Part shown: piece by piece, positions 1-38,815 of the stretch
Numbering within the stretch: position 1 is the stretch's first letter
Layout of the letters: the number at the start of each line of letters is the position of its first letter
Assembly: GCF_964204645.1 (NCBI RefSeq)
Contig: NC_134027.1
Location: forward strand, 2,698,485-2,762,484
Origin: Tubulanus polymorphus
Taxonomy: Eukaryota; Animalia; Nemertea
DNA length: 64,000 bases
Direction of reading: 5' to 3'
Position numbers and translations under genes: made by a program
The notes under the pieces: model-generated
The model's database searches: none
What the model saw: only the letters and a program-made list of their open reading frames with translations
Told to the model about the DNA's origin: nothing

Positions 1-190
1 GTGATGACATTTTCATTAGTAATGATTTGCAAATCTCACAGACCGTTCGACTATAACATTTTGCGTTTGGGTTGCCATATTTAGAAGGTCGATTGTTTTA
101 GCCATGTGTAACTATAAACAGTATTGCCATGCATTGTCTGATGACTATATGATCAATTCTCAATTCATCCGAAATTGTTCCTACATCCAG

Positions 191-1205
191 GAGCTTTGTT
201 AAGAAACCGAATAGATCGAGCGTTACGATGGTTAGAAGATGTTGTTGGTAGAGACTGCATTCGGTTTGTGCCGAGAACTAACGAGAGAAATTACGTCAAA
301 GTATTTAGCGGAAGTGGGTAAGATTAATCTGTGGATTATTTTCGAACAGTGACGTGAAAATCTGTAAATACTAAATGAATTATTTTGTCATAATTAGTTG
401 CTATTCATCTGTTGGAATGAAGGGTGGAGCACAGAAACTCTCTCTGAACCGCCTTGGTTGTTTTGAACATTCAACAATTCAGCACGAGTTTCTCCATGCT
501 TTGGGATTTTGGCACGAACAAATGCGCCAGGATCGAGACAAGTACCTGCAAATAAACTGGGATAATATCAAGGAGGGTAATTGTACAAACTCATGCTTCA
601 GTCAAATAAAAGTATAGTTCTTTTTTGCAAATATGATAACACTTTCATTTACACAGATATGAAGTATAACTTTAATAAGATCACCACAAATGACCTGAAC
701 ACTCCTTACTACTACGGATCTATCATGCATTATGGTAGTTTTACCTTTAGGTAAGTTCAGTTCCTTCATTTGAGACGCATGTAAACATTAATCTGGTACA
801 ACTCGTAGCATAATTTCACGAACTTGTGGAAAATCGATGAGAGATATGTAAACCCCTTTGATTTGTAGCAAGAATTTAAGAAAAACCATGCAACCGAAGA
901 ATTTGGAAACTAAAATCGGTGTTCGTAGAATCGTGAAGGAAAATTCCTGGGATGCTAAACGAGTCAGGTTGTTCTATGGATGTACGTATTGTTATATTCA
1001 CTAGAAATAAGTAATTTTAATGAACACTGAAATGCATAATGAAATAATGAACCCGATAAATATTTCAGGTGATCCTCCGCTCAAGTATTGTAAAGATGAT
1101 TACCCAATGTGTAAAACGGTTGACCGCAGTGACTGCATCTTCAATCACGAGATTACCAGTAAATGTAGAAAAACATGTGGTGTTTGTATTCTAAATGGCA
1201 AGTAA
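191..1205 (+). CDS. Astacin (M12A) zinc metalloprotease with C-terminal ShK domain, 5'-partial; exons ~191-317, 398-576, 657-750, 869-981, 1069-1205
   Basis: GT-AG exons join in frame to CIRFVPRT..NYV, HEFLHALGFWHEQMRQDRD (astacin HExxHxxGFxHExxRxDRD), SIMHY Met-turn, and CKDDYPMC...C...CRKTCGVC (ShKT). AATAAA at ~1401. Confidence 0.93.
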
Positions 1206-1989
1206 ACACCTTGGATTATCATAGTATAGAAATCGTTTTTATGAAATTGTTTTTAAAGTTATTGACAAATAGGTTCTAACTAATATCATACATGTGTGGC
1301 CACGTGTTAATATATTCATCTCTTTTTTCTAGAAGAGAATGTGAAGCCGTAAGAGACGCGATACTTAAATACATTCCGTTCTATTCATGTATCATACGAT
1401 AATAAATTTTGTGTAACAAGTAATTGATTTTTTTTTGTTTTCAATGTGTTTTTAATATCTTTGAAATGATTCATATCATGAAATGACTTAACTTTTATCA
1501 TCCGAGAAAAACATTTTTAACCACTTTAACATCTGATTTGATATAAATGAATTAACTAGATATTTCCAAATAACTCAGAATTAGAGGGTGTCAGAGTCCG
1601 CTTTGTAAATGTATGTTTTTAGTTTTGGATAATGAAATGTGTTCGATGAATATCTGGTTTTTACTTTTATACTTGACAATATTTTTCACAATAAAAATTA
1701 ATAGGATTATCACACCCGAGAAAAATATCATCTGATTTACAAAGTGAAGCGTTGACTCGGAGTCGAAGGATTCAGGAGTTAGAGAGATTGTTTCGAAAGG
1801 TTTTAAGAGGATTTAGATCTCGGAGCGCGGAAGCAGCTTTCAAGAGGCCGGCGTTGTGGACAGATCGGAGCTGGTCTCGACATGACGGATAGTAAGTTAC
1901 CAGTTATCGTGCCGTTGGTGGTAAGCTTTTATAATCTGATGGGCTTTGATAATCCGATCGTGAAACTAAACCACGGAAATGTTACTGAC

Positions 1990-2535
1990 TAATGTCTATT
2001 TATTAATTGATGAGACCTGTTTTTCTGGGATATTTTGCTTACTTTTTGGGGTACATACCTCATTTATGTCTTAACAGAATGCCAAAAATCGCGGACAACA
2101 ACTGAATATCCGATATATTTCCAGTTCTGTACCAATTAGATGGATTGGCAAAAAGACTCCTTAAGTCCAGTTGAATGAGAGAGAAAATCCTCCATTTTGT
2201 CAAATTTCTTGGATTTGAACATTGTTACCATGCCTACGCCACCCTGATTTAGTTGTTGAGACCCCACAAGAAAAATAACTTCATTTCGTAGGCATGGTGA
2301 CAATGTAAAAATTCAAGAAATTTGACAAAATGGAGGATTTTCTCTCTCATTCAATTGGACTTAAGGAGTCTTTTTGCCAATCCATCTAATTGGTACAGAA
2401 CTGGAAATATATCGGATATTCAGTTGTTGTCCGCGATTTTTGGCATTCTGTTAAGACATAAATGAGGTATGTACCCCAAAAAGTAAGCAAAATATCCCAG
2501 AAAAACAGGTCTCATCAATTAATAAATAGACATTA
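1990..2535. mobile_element. Foldback/MITE-like palindrome with ~245-bp arms, ~50-bp spacer and possible TA target duplication
   Basis: taatgtctatttattaattgatgagacc... (1990) is the reverse complement of ...ggtctcatcaattaataaatagacatta (2535). Complementarity continues inward to ~2237/2286. Confidence 0.85.
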
Positions 2536-3388
2536 ATCGACAGATAACTGAATTCACGTAGAGCACTCCAGTTTGAATAACCTTTATCCGGAGTCAATTC
2601 CGCTGTCAGTGCCAGCTTTAAAACCGTTATCGGTATCCGTCAATTAGGGATTCCTGTATTTTCAGGTTAGAAAGAGCATTATTCCAAGGTCGCCGCCCAA
2701 AACCAGATTTACGAATTTTAGGATTTTGGACGTTTTAGAAATAAACTAAGTGAGTAGTCTTACGCTGTTTATCAGTCAACGATTTACCTTGTCATCACAG
2801 CTTTCTTCAGATCACCCCTCATCAGTCTCGAATCAAAGAGTCAAGAGGCTCTGCTCCTCAGCTCCGTCTGACGATCCACTTTTGTTTGGGTCTGCCCCAA
2901 GTTTATTTAGTTTCATTCATAGAAATACACAGAGTGTGTTTACAATGGTAGGGTTTTAACAGATCTCAATCTTCATAATTCACAGACACGTGACAGTTGC
3001 CTTATTTGCAGCTGAATCTGTCATAGATGTTTGTATGATATAACCCCTTACCGTACCCTCAGTAAACTTGCTAGTCTTCTTGTCTGAAAGATTAATAGGC
3101 CCTGTGTAGTGCGTAGAAACATATATTTTTGGTCAGAATAAGGCGGATCTGTAGATGTTTTCAAATTATAGACACTGTTCCTGTCCTTCACTGAGAACCT
3201 TAGTACCAGTGGTATATCGCTATCTGGTTCACGCGAGCTCTTTAGGACACGCAGTATACGGAGCTCCGCGAACCGGCCATTCTCAGGACTGGGTCAATCC
3301 TTGTCACTGCTTATACAGGACTGGTTAGTTCGCCAATCATTGATTATAATGATTGAAAGATATTCTTTTCCAGTGGAAATCTGTTGAA

Positions 3389-29266
<25,878 letters not shown>

Positions 29267-30850
29267 CATAAAACGATATTAGGAATAATTTTCACGCTCA
29301 GGACATTCGATTATCGATCTTCCTTGTAGGAAATAAAGTATATTTGTTTTTGTACTAGTCATATGTGTTTTTATGATCGGAGATTGTTTCCATTTATTAA
29401 CATATCATACTGTCCTATACAAGCATCAGATTTACATGTATATCGAGTAAAAACAATCATGAGCAACTGTCAGACAACATCTGAAGATTTCACGTGGTTT
29501 CATGATGAACATTAGCATTTAGTTTATCATGTTTGGGTCCTGAATATGTGTTGTAGATGGCCCATTTTTGCTTTCAGACTTTGTCAATGCTGCGATAAAC
29601 TAAACTACAAATAGGGCTCGGGTAGCATGCTGATTAGGTAACTAGTTTCTATTGCATGGTTGACAATCCACTATTAGACTGGTGTAATTTATATGCGTCG
29701 TGATGTTTGAAATGATTGAAAATAAAACATTATTTTGTAATGATAGAAATATAGATTCGTGTCTCTTGTGGTTTATAAACGTTGATGGATCAGGATCAGA
29801 TGCACACTGAGGATGTTTGTTGAATTTTCCGCACAGAAATCATTCCCTGATGGATTATAAACTCGCCTATTTTAAGTAATTTTCCATTAGAAAAAGTAAA
29901 TCCTCAAGAAACATCTGCTAAGCATCTTACGCACTTTGTATTTTCAGCTATTCGCCATTAAAAGACTAAAGTTCGATGTAAGAAGAAATTCCTTTCACTT
30001 ATTTAGAACCAATCTGTTCCATGTTACTATATTCTTTTTATCGTCGACGGCATCAATTACAGCACTAGCTATAATCGCGTGGTAAACTGCCTCCTTGCTG
30101 GGTTCTAAATATAAAGCACCTTTGATAAGCGTTCAACTGGGTCTCTATGTACGCAGGATGTGTCGGTATTAATGCGTAATCCTGTGGCTCATCCCGAACT
30201 TCTCCTCGCTTCGCTATCCGTAATGGCTGAAGAAATTAGCAAATTAAAAGCATATCCCGGCATCGGAGGCTTATTCACTGGCTATGATATCGGAACGCAT
30301 ATGTTACATGTACCTCGACGGAAAAGATGAGTAACAAGTAGGAATATGCAGTTTTATGTTGTGTTTTGTTGTATGGTGCTGATGCTATATACCATATATA
30401 CAGGTTCGTATATGTTTGTACACTGTTTGTATGTTTACTATAATAGCATCCACTTGTCAGTTGCAGCAGTCCGGTGATAACCAAAATGATATCAAGCAAT
30501 TGTAGTTTATTGTACTAGAGGACCTAGTTCCGTAGTAGTTGGATAGAGGTATATAGAACTTTGTAAGTTCGATACATTTTGGTGAGATGTGGAAATTTAG
30601 TCCCAGTTCATTCACATTCCCTGTAGAAAATCTTCCATATCAGAACCGGAGATTGACAAGAAAGTCACTAATCGTAGCCATGATTCGAACCTGGGACTAA
30701 CCTAGTGCGCCGGCCATTTCGCCAATATGTCGTATTGCCAGCTCGTTTTGTATAAGATCAGTAATAGACGGAGTATACAAACGGGCAGTTTTTCCCCATG
30801 ACCGCAACCATGAAATAGTTTTAATCATTCGAACTTGTTAATCATTACAG

Positions 30851-33800
30851 ATATTTTTTGTACGCCGACCTGTCCGCAAAATCTGTGTCCAGATAACTGT
30901 TCATGCGTCGCTACAAGCGATGGAAGATTTAGCTGCATTAACGAATCAAGAACTGAAATACACGATATTTCTCAATCGGATCGATGTTCCTCGCATCCCT
31001 GCTATGACAATGACACGTGTTTTCAAAATTCCGGTCGTGCTTTATGTTCCTGCATCAGCGGCTTTCACGGGAATTATTGCCAGTTTACAAATTGGGTTTG
31101 TCTTACAAATACTTGCAAAAATAGCGGAAATTGTTCACCCCGAAATATAAGCGAATATACGTGCGAATGCCCACATTCGTGGCAAGGTAAAACCTGTCAA
31201 ATCTATTACAACATAAGTTGCGAACTCCAGTCGTGTTTGTGCAATGATACTTGCGAAATAGATTTAGAATTAAGAAGCGGCGAGAAAATCGTCGAGTGTT
31301 GTTTCGACTCGGTGTGCAGTTCTAACCGCAATGGCGGTGAATGCGTTAATCTACGGGATTCTTACGTGTGTAAATGCGTTCACACATCTACCGAGCAGAA
31401 ATGTGAAAATGACGTCCTTTCTACCGCTAGTCCCTTATCACAACCTACCCCCTGGATCGAGGTAGAGGTCTTTCAAAATCGTGAACATTCCAAAATTACA
31501 TACAGTCCGTCCACCGAAAGCATCCGCACTGGAATAATCCAATCGTCCGGATTGGATAGCAACACATTTCAATCAAGCGTTTATAAGACTGGCATTATTT
31601 CTATTATTGCAACGGAAACAACAAATGTGTTTGACAGAAGTTCAATTTCTACGTCTTCGGTCTTCAAAAATACGATTGGAATGAACAGCGATGATGTAGT
31701 GACATCATCTCGACCAGTTCTAATCGATAACGTTCCAAATATCGGCAACTCGGAGGAGAGGTATTTTTCCAATATAAACTCGAGCTTCGAATCCCATAAA
31801 ACTATTTCTATCTCATCAGAAAGCTCTGCCTTTGCTAAAGAGGGCACATTTTTTCACAGCAGTGTCACTCCGCACTTATCGAGTGAGTTGATAGATGAAA
31901 TAACTGATTTTCACGTTGCTAGCGCAGGCTCTTCACCGTCACCTACGAGAATAGTCAACTCGGCATTTACACAGATTCCTGCAATACCAAGTGATCATCT
32001 AGACAACTATTATAGCACTGCGTTGGATCAAACAACTTTCCCGATACCTGAAGCAATTACAACACCGGTTCCCATTAATGAGCAGAGTGCTTCGACGAAA
32101 GGTTTGTACCAGTAGAGACCTCGAACATTACATGATGTGCAAGTGCATATTTTTGCAGTTTACGGTGCAAAATCATTTTACTAATAATAAAAATGGAAAA
32201 AAGATGTTTTGTACAGAAAATAACGAAGTGCTTCGGATTTTTAGGTAAGGCGTTGAATTGTAGTGAAATTAACTGCCTTAATAGTGGTGAATGTGAAATA
32301 TTGGCCGACAAGTTTAGATGTAACTGTCCGGTCGACTACAGCGGAATCTACTGTGAGATACTTCGGAGGAAATGTAATATAACACTAGAAAAGCATAACT
32401 ATGTCGAAATAGAACATACATAAATACATATGAAACCTTATATAAACAAGTTATCAATTAACTTTCTTTTTTTAGTGATCGCACTGTATATGGTGTCGCT
32501 TAGATTAAACGCTCCGTACCATAATTCGTTAAAGCATGATACTTCATTTCAATCTAGTTTCGTAAAAGCTGTGAGTATATTCATTCAACGTTAAAGATGA
32601 TATCGTTTATCTGTGCGTTATTTTCAATTCTATTACAACCTAGGTGAAAGGAATTTATGCAGAAATTGCGTATGAAGTGGAAATCGATGTCATCATTGAC
32701 GACATTAGGTACGCAATATTCGATATGGAAAATGTTTTACACAAGAACATACAAAATCAGTTCAATGCTACTACGTTCATACAATTTCAAATATTACAGG
32801 CCTGGGAGTATCCAAGTTGATTTTACATTGAAACAAACCCAATACGCAGACTCCGATCAGTTGATCTATGCATCCGATATGGAAGCAGTGCTACATCACG
32901 CGTTACTACTGGGAAGACTTGGAAAATTTCCGACATCGCTGCACGGATTTACATTCAACGAAATTGTGGTTTCAGCTCACAGCGTGCGACCTGGAGATGC
33001 CCGATATACAATCTATATAATCATTGGAGCGGTTCTAGGAGCTGTATTCGTCCTGGTAGTTGTATTAGTCGTTACTCTTCTCATATTCAGACAGAAACGC
33101 AATTCGAAACTAATTGACAGGTATAGAGCCAACCGAAATACATCCGCTTACTCGATAGGAAAATAAGGCGTATTCTGTATTTTCTTTTATGTATTTCACA
33201 GGGAATCGAGTCGTGATCTTGACCAAATACCTAACATAAATCAAAACTTCAACTACAGATCCTCAACTAGACAAAGCCCTTTAGAAGGTACAGCTTTAGC
33301 GAATTATATAACTAAGATGAACGAGTTTTATAGTTATCAGTACGATTGAATGTTTTAATTTTTAGATGGGTTGTACGCGGATCTGAGGAACGAAGGTTCA
33401 TACTCGGTATCGATACCCGAGGAGATTCTCAGGCCACATTATGCAACTCCTGGCCCATGTAGCAGTAACAGCGGTGATGAGGTCGTCCGCGGAGACAACT
33501 ACCTGTGTCTTCAGATACTAGAAAAACAAGTCAAACTACACATATACGCCGAGGTAGAAACCAGTTCCGATGGGGGTAAAAGGGGTCGAGACAATCCCGC
33601 TTTTGAATGCGATACATTGACCGCGAAATCGGCGAAAATTCCACCGAAATTCGTTGAATCCGAGTTCAACGATCAACATCCATCTCAGAGTTCCGAGAAA
33701 ACACGTAGCGAAATTCAAAATACCGAGGTATTACTGCATCAGAAAATCGAAACGCGTTGCGATGGTTATAATCTAGATAGAAAAAATTTGAAACATTCCA

Positions 33801-34333
33801 ACAGCGAAGCTGATATAGGAAAGAAGGGTAAAATCAAAGTGCGACCCGCGAGTACTTCTTCGCTTGGTTCCATTAGCGAAGAGGTCGCGTTACATAGCGG
33901 CGATAAATCGAATCACTTGTGTAGGACAGCCAGTACAAAATCACAATCGACAAGTTCCTTACCGACCAACCTGGTGTCGTATTCACCACCAGAATTCATA
34001 CGTTCTAGAAGCAAAGAAGAACTAAAGCGATTTGTAACTGATTCACCAAAACCGTTGAAACCATCGCAGTTAAAACGTGAACCTCGAGACTCGCGAACCA
34101 TTCTTTACAGTAGTCTTACATCCGCGACTTCTCATGTTTACTCGGAAAATGTATCAGAAGAGAGAAAATGTGATTTGAATAATACTTTCGTTCTTCCAAA
34201 TCTAGAATTCCCGTTGATCAAAGTTGATCATATAACAATCGATCAAAAACAGAAGTCGATTCCTTACAGAAAACAACAGCAATTGTACATTTGGCAAAAC
34301 GAAAGGGAAAGATTACAACGAGAATTTTTCTAG
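30851..34333 (+). CDS. Type-I membrane mucin-like protein: EGF repeats, S/T-rich stalk, EGF, SEA domain, TM, long cytoplasmic tail (5' exons unresolved, probably within ~29450-30560)
   Basis: EGF motifs (CSSHPC..C..CSC..GFHG.YC; C.NSGEC..CNCP.DYSG.YCE), a Ser/Thr-rich region, SEA motif RPGSIQVDF, and TM IYIIIGAVLGAVFVLVVVLVVTLLIF followed by RQKR. Last exon is 33366-34333. Confidence 0.75.
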
Positions 34334-34704
34334 GACAATAATAATTGCATCTCTTTTGTAAAATATCAATGCAATGATTTATGTATAGACATTCTGAAAA
34401 GAATATATGTATGTAAATAAATCTAATGTACTGCGTTTTTGGTTCTAATTTCCTTCCTATCGGGAGCAGAAAAAAAAATCTTGAAAGGTTTTTATCGTTT
34501 CAATTCATCGATTTCAATATTATCTTATCAGCAGAGTTCATTCGCGTACTCGAGACTGTCGACAGGAATTTACGTCGAAAGTGTATCGCGTTTTTTCACG
34601 TATTCGTTTATTTCACACACGACCACATTGCCACTCATTGCGTTGTCTTTCTCGTGTGGCTTTACTTTTTTGGGGAAATATTATTCAAACGAACGACATC
34701 AGTT

Positions 34705-37700
34705 ATGTCTACGGCGATGGTAACGGGGGACTGGATAGCGGTAGGATTTTACTTTGCCAGTGTTATTGCGGTCGGAATCTACGTGAGTTTCTGAATCTAA
34801 AATCTATGATATTGACGCTAGAAATAAAGTGATTTTTAATGAATATACCGCCGTACGATATCTAAATTAAAGCATATATATCAACGATTTATAGGCAGTT
34901 TATCGAACCAAGAGAAGCACTGTTGATGGCTATTTTCTGGCTGAAAGATTTATGACATGGCTACCGGTATGTAACTAGAATCTCAGATAACAAGAGAAGA
35001 GAGGATTTCGGGTTCAAATCCCAAATGAATGAATATTCGCTATATAATTCTAGGTCGGGGCATCGCTTTTCGCTAGTAATATCGGCACTGAGCATTTTAT
35101 CGGTCTAGCTGGGTCTGGTGCCGCTACGGGACTTGCGATGGCAGCGTATGAATTCAATGTTAGTAGCATCAATAGATGATATTCAAATGAATCGGAAAGA
35201 GGGTTAAGATTTTCAATGTTGTCATTATTTCGCAGGCATTGTTCCTGTTACAAGTTCTAGGATGGATATTTCTACCGGTGTATATCGCAACGGGCGTACG
35301 TATGCTCTCGCGGGCAAATATCAACAACTTTCCGTGAAATAAATTTGAACTTAAACTTGATATTGAACATTATATATATACTAATTTACATGTATATTTA
35401 TTTGCATTGTACGTAAACCGGTTTATATAGTAAAACAATCTGTCTCATACAAATGTTGACCCTGACACTTTTTTATAACCTTGAGTATTTTTGCCTTTCT
35501 TGTTTCAGGTTCACACGTTACCCGAATACACTAAACGACGTTTCGGCACTGAACGAATTCGAATTTATTTGTCTTTACTCAGTATCTTGTTATATATTTC
35601 ACGAATATCGGTACGACAAACACCTGACTGGTGTCGATATATCACTATTTATGAACCGGTTATCAAAAGCAACCTACATCAAATGCTATAACCTTTTGAG
35701 CGTTTCAAACAGAATCGCAAAAGATTCTATGATATTCTTTTTAATTAATCATTTTCAGACAAATTTATTCAGTGGAGCAATATTCATTCAACAGTCTCTA
35801 AAATGGAGTCTGTATCTTTCGATATTATTGCTACTGGTAATTACCGCCCTTCTTACGATAACAGGTAGATCTCTTGAGCTTGTTTGAAATGTTCTTGCTG
35901 TTTTCAAAAATCTCGCAATTTGTTGATTTATTTTTCTTACGCAGGTGGTCTCGCCGCAGTTATCTATACGGACACACTTCAAGCGTTTATAATGGTTATC
36001 GGTAGTACAATTCTCATGATAATCAGTAAGTGATTTGAGGTCATAGAAAGAATTGTATGATTTCCTGATTGATTTGATTTCTTTCTTCTACTTTTTATCG
36101 TTTTTTCAGGCGTTGTTAAAATCGGTGGATATGAAGGACTCAAGGAGAAATATCCGCACGCAATATCAAATACAACACTTGTAAATAATTCAACATGTGG
36201 TTTGCCCAGTGAGAGGGCTTTTCAGATGCTTCGACCGTCGGACGATCCAAACATGCCCTGGATCGGATTCATTCTCGGGGCAACTCCTGGTTCAATGTGG
36301 TTCTGGTGCAGTGATCAGGTAAAGAATGTTTTTTTTCTGTTGCGCCTGCACTACTACTTTCAGCTGCCATTGGGGAACTGATGTAGGGTATGGTTATTTC
36401 AGATGGTTGTACAAAGGGCTCTAGCCGCGAAGAGTCTCTCGCACGCTCAGGGTGGCACCCTGTTAGCGGGATACCTGAAGATCTTACCTATGTTTGCTAT
36501 GAGTATTCCTGGAATGATAAGTCGAGTATTGTATCCAGGTAATTTGATTAAATCGTATATATCTTTAGTTAGAAGTGGATACCTACCATTGTGTCATTAG
36601 AAATGGCTGGAGTTGCGGATTTTAATGGCACTAATTCTTGCGCAACTGGAAAGACACTTTTCCCCTCAAATTTGCGTCCAAAATAGAATAGAATGGAATA
36701 TTTTATTGCTCAAAAAAGTACATTTGCTTAGAGCAAAAAGACAATACAACATGAATGTCAATACAATATCAGGACAATATCAGAAGCAAAATTATGTTGT
36801 ATTTTGGATAGGTGATAGCCAAGGCTAATATAAGCCGCGGTCACACGTAGACTATTTGGCCCGGATTAGGCTCGGGCCAAATTTGGCCCGTGCCTAATTA
36901 GAGAGTATAGTACAATGCACTATGTTGTTCATCTCAGATGAGGTTGCCTGTTCTGATCCGGATGTTTGCTATTCAATCTGTGAAAATCGTCACGGCTGTT
37001 CAAATATCGCTTACCCGAGACTAGTTCTCGGGATCATGCCGCAAGGTAAGTCGTTTATACCCCTTACACGGAAATCTAAAATCTCATGTGCGGTGAATCC
37101 CGCGTTTCACAGTCGTTGGTTGAATAATTCCGTTTTTTCAAAATTATTACATTTTCAGTGATTTAACAAATGAAAACTACTGATCTATAATAGGTTTAAG
37201 AGGTGTTATGATGGCTGTGATGTTGTCCGGATTGGTAAGCAATTTGACGTCCATATTCAACAGTGCATCAACTCTTTTCACTATGGATATTTACAGGAAA
37301 ATACGACGTCGACCTAAAAATAATGAACTAATGATCATTGGACGGTGACTACATTATTACTGGGCTTCTTTCCTTAACGTATTTCGACTGTTCGTCATGT
37401 CTTCGTGTATGTATTTTCAGAGTATGCGTTATAGTTATGGTCGCTATCGGGATAGCTTTAATACCATTGATTAAAGAATTTCACGGTAGTCAGCTTTTCG
37501 TTTATTTGGTAACAGTTGAATCGCACATTTGTCCGCAAATTCTCGTCATATATCTACTGGCAATATTGTGGAAAAGAACGAACGAAAAAGCAAGTATTTA
37601 ACCATCGATTTTAATTCATTGCTGACGCGTATAATCAGGTTTAGACGGTCAGGTTTTCTATTCCACTTTTTCAGGGAGCTATCTGCGGACTCGTTCTGGG

Positions 37701-38566
37701 GTCGTTGTTCGGACTCATTCGTCTGGTAATGGTATTCGTATACCCACCTCCTCATTGCGGAGAGCCGGACACTCGGCCAAGCTTCATTTCGAAAATACAC
37801 TTCATGTATTTCAGTATAGTACTGACTGCGTTTACTACCGTTGTTACAGTTGGTGTGAGTTTATGTACGAAGCCCCCAGCCCCGTCTCTGGTAAATATAA
37901 ACACCTATAGTATCTGGAATGAATTCAGGAATACTATAGTTGATAAATCTTTTTTTTTTCGATGCGATCGTTTTAGCTCGTTCACACAACGTATTGGACC
38001 TGTTGGAATAAAACTGAACTACCCGAACAAAAGCCCGAAGTAATAGAATTACAGGAGCCTATGATCAAAACACCTACTAGTAATGCTGAACACAGGAATG
38101 AAGGCGCAGGTTAGTTTGTAGACCCTACTTTTCTCTGCGGATCTGGCGACACCCATAGGTTTCCCCCAGACAAATTGATTCCTGGGCACTGGGAGTGACG
38201 ATGGATCGCCATCGCATGTATTTCAGTAGAAAATTTTGAAAAATCAATTGTTTCTGGCACGCGATGATCCGAGGCTCCGTGTCAAGCGGCCCCCACGTTA
38301 GCCCCCGAACTGTCAAATGACATATTTCAGAGTCTTCGATCGTTTCAGATGAAGGATGTCGACTAGGAAGAGTTTGCTGCAAGGCAACAATGTGGATATG
38401 CGGCATTAACGAGGAGAATCAAGTCGTACAAGAACAAGGAAAACAAGTGAATTTGAAAACCTTAGAACAAAGTTTGCGAATGAAACGAATTCTTTCAACA
38501 CTTCTGGGATTAGTTTTAATTTCGGCCGCTTCGATTTACATATATTTTTCATTACCGACGCATTAA
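34705..38566 (+). CDS. SLC5 sodium/solute symporter (SGLT/SMIT-like), multi-exon
   Basis: Exons encode [84 protein letters not shown] and [15 protein letters not shown], all SLC5A1/3/9-type motifs. Confidence 0.93.
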
Positions 38567-38815
38567 AATTTCGAAATAGATAATGACGAATATGTGTAAT
38601 TATAATGATTATCGGTTGAAAAGTATTTCTATTAATCTGATGTATATTTTAGAAGATTCCTTTTAATAAAATGAACTAACAACGATGATGATTACATATG
38701 GATTTTTTAATTTTGTGCCTCTGTTCACCTTCTGTTGAAATTACGAGACGGATTCACAAATCTGTAAAGTTGTTGGAATACTAAAAGTAAGCAATTCATT
38801 TTATTTTTATTTGCT

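Noticed and set aside
2830-2865. aagagtcaagaggctctg resembling telomerase RNA P6.1
   Set aside because: No CUAACCCU-type template, pseudoknot or H/ACA domain was found in the expected order.
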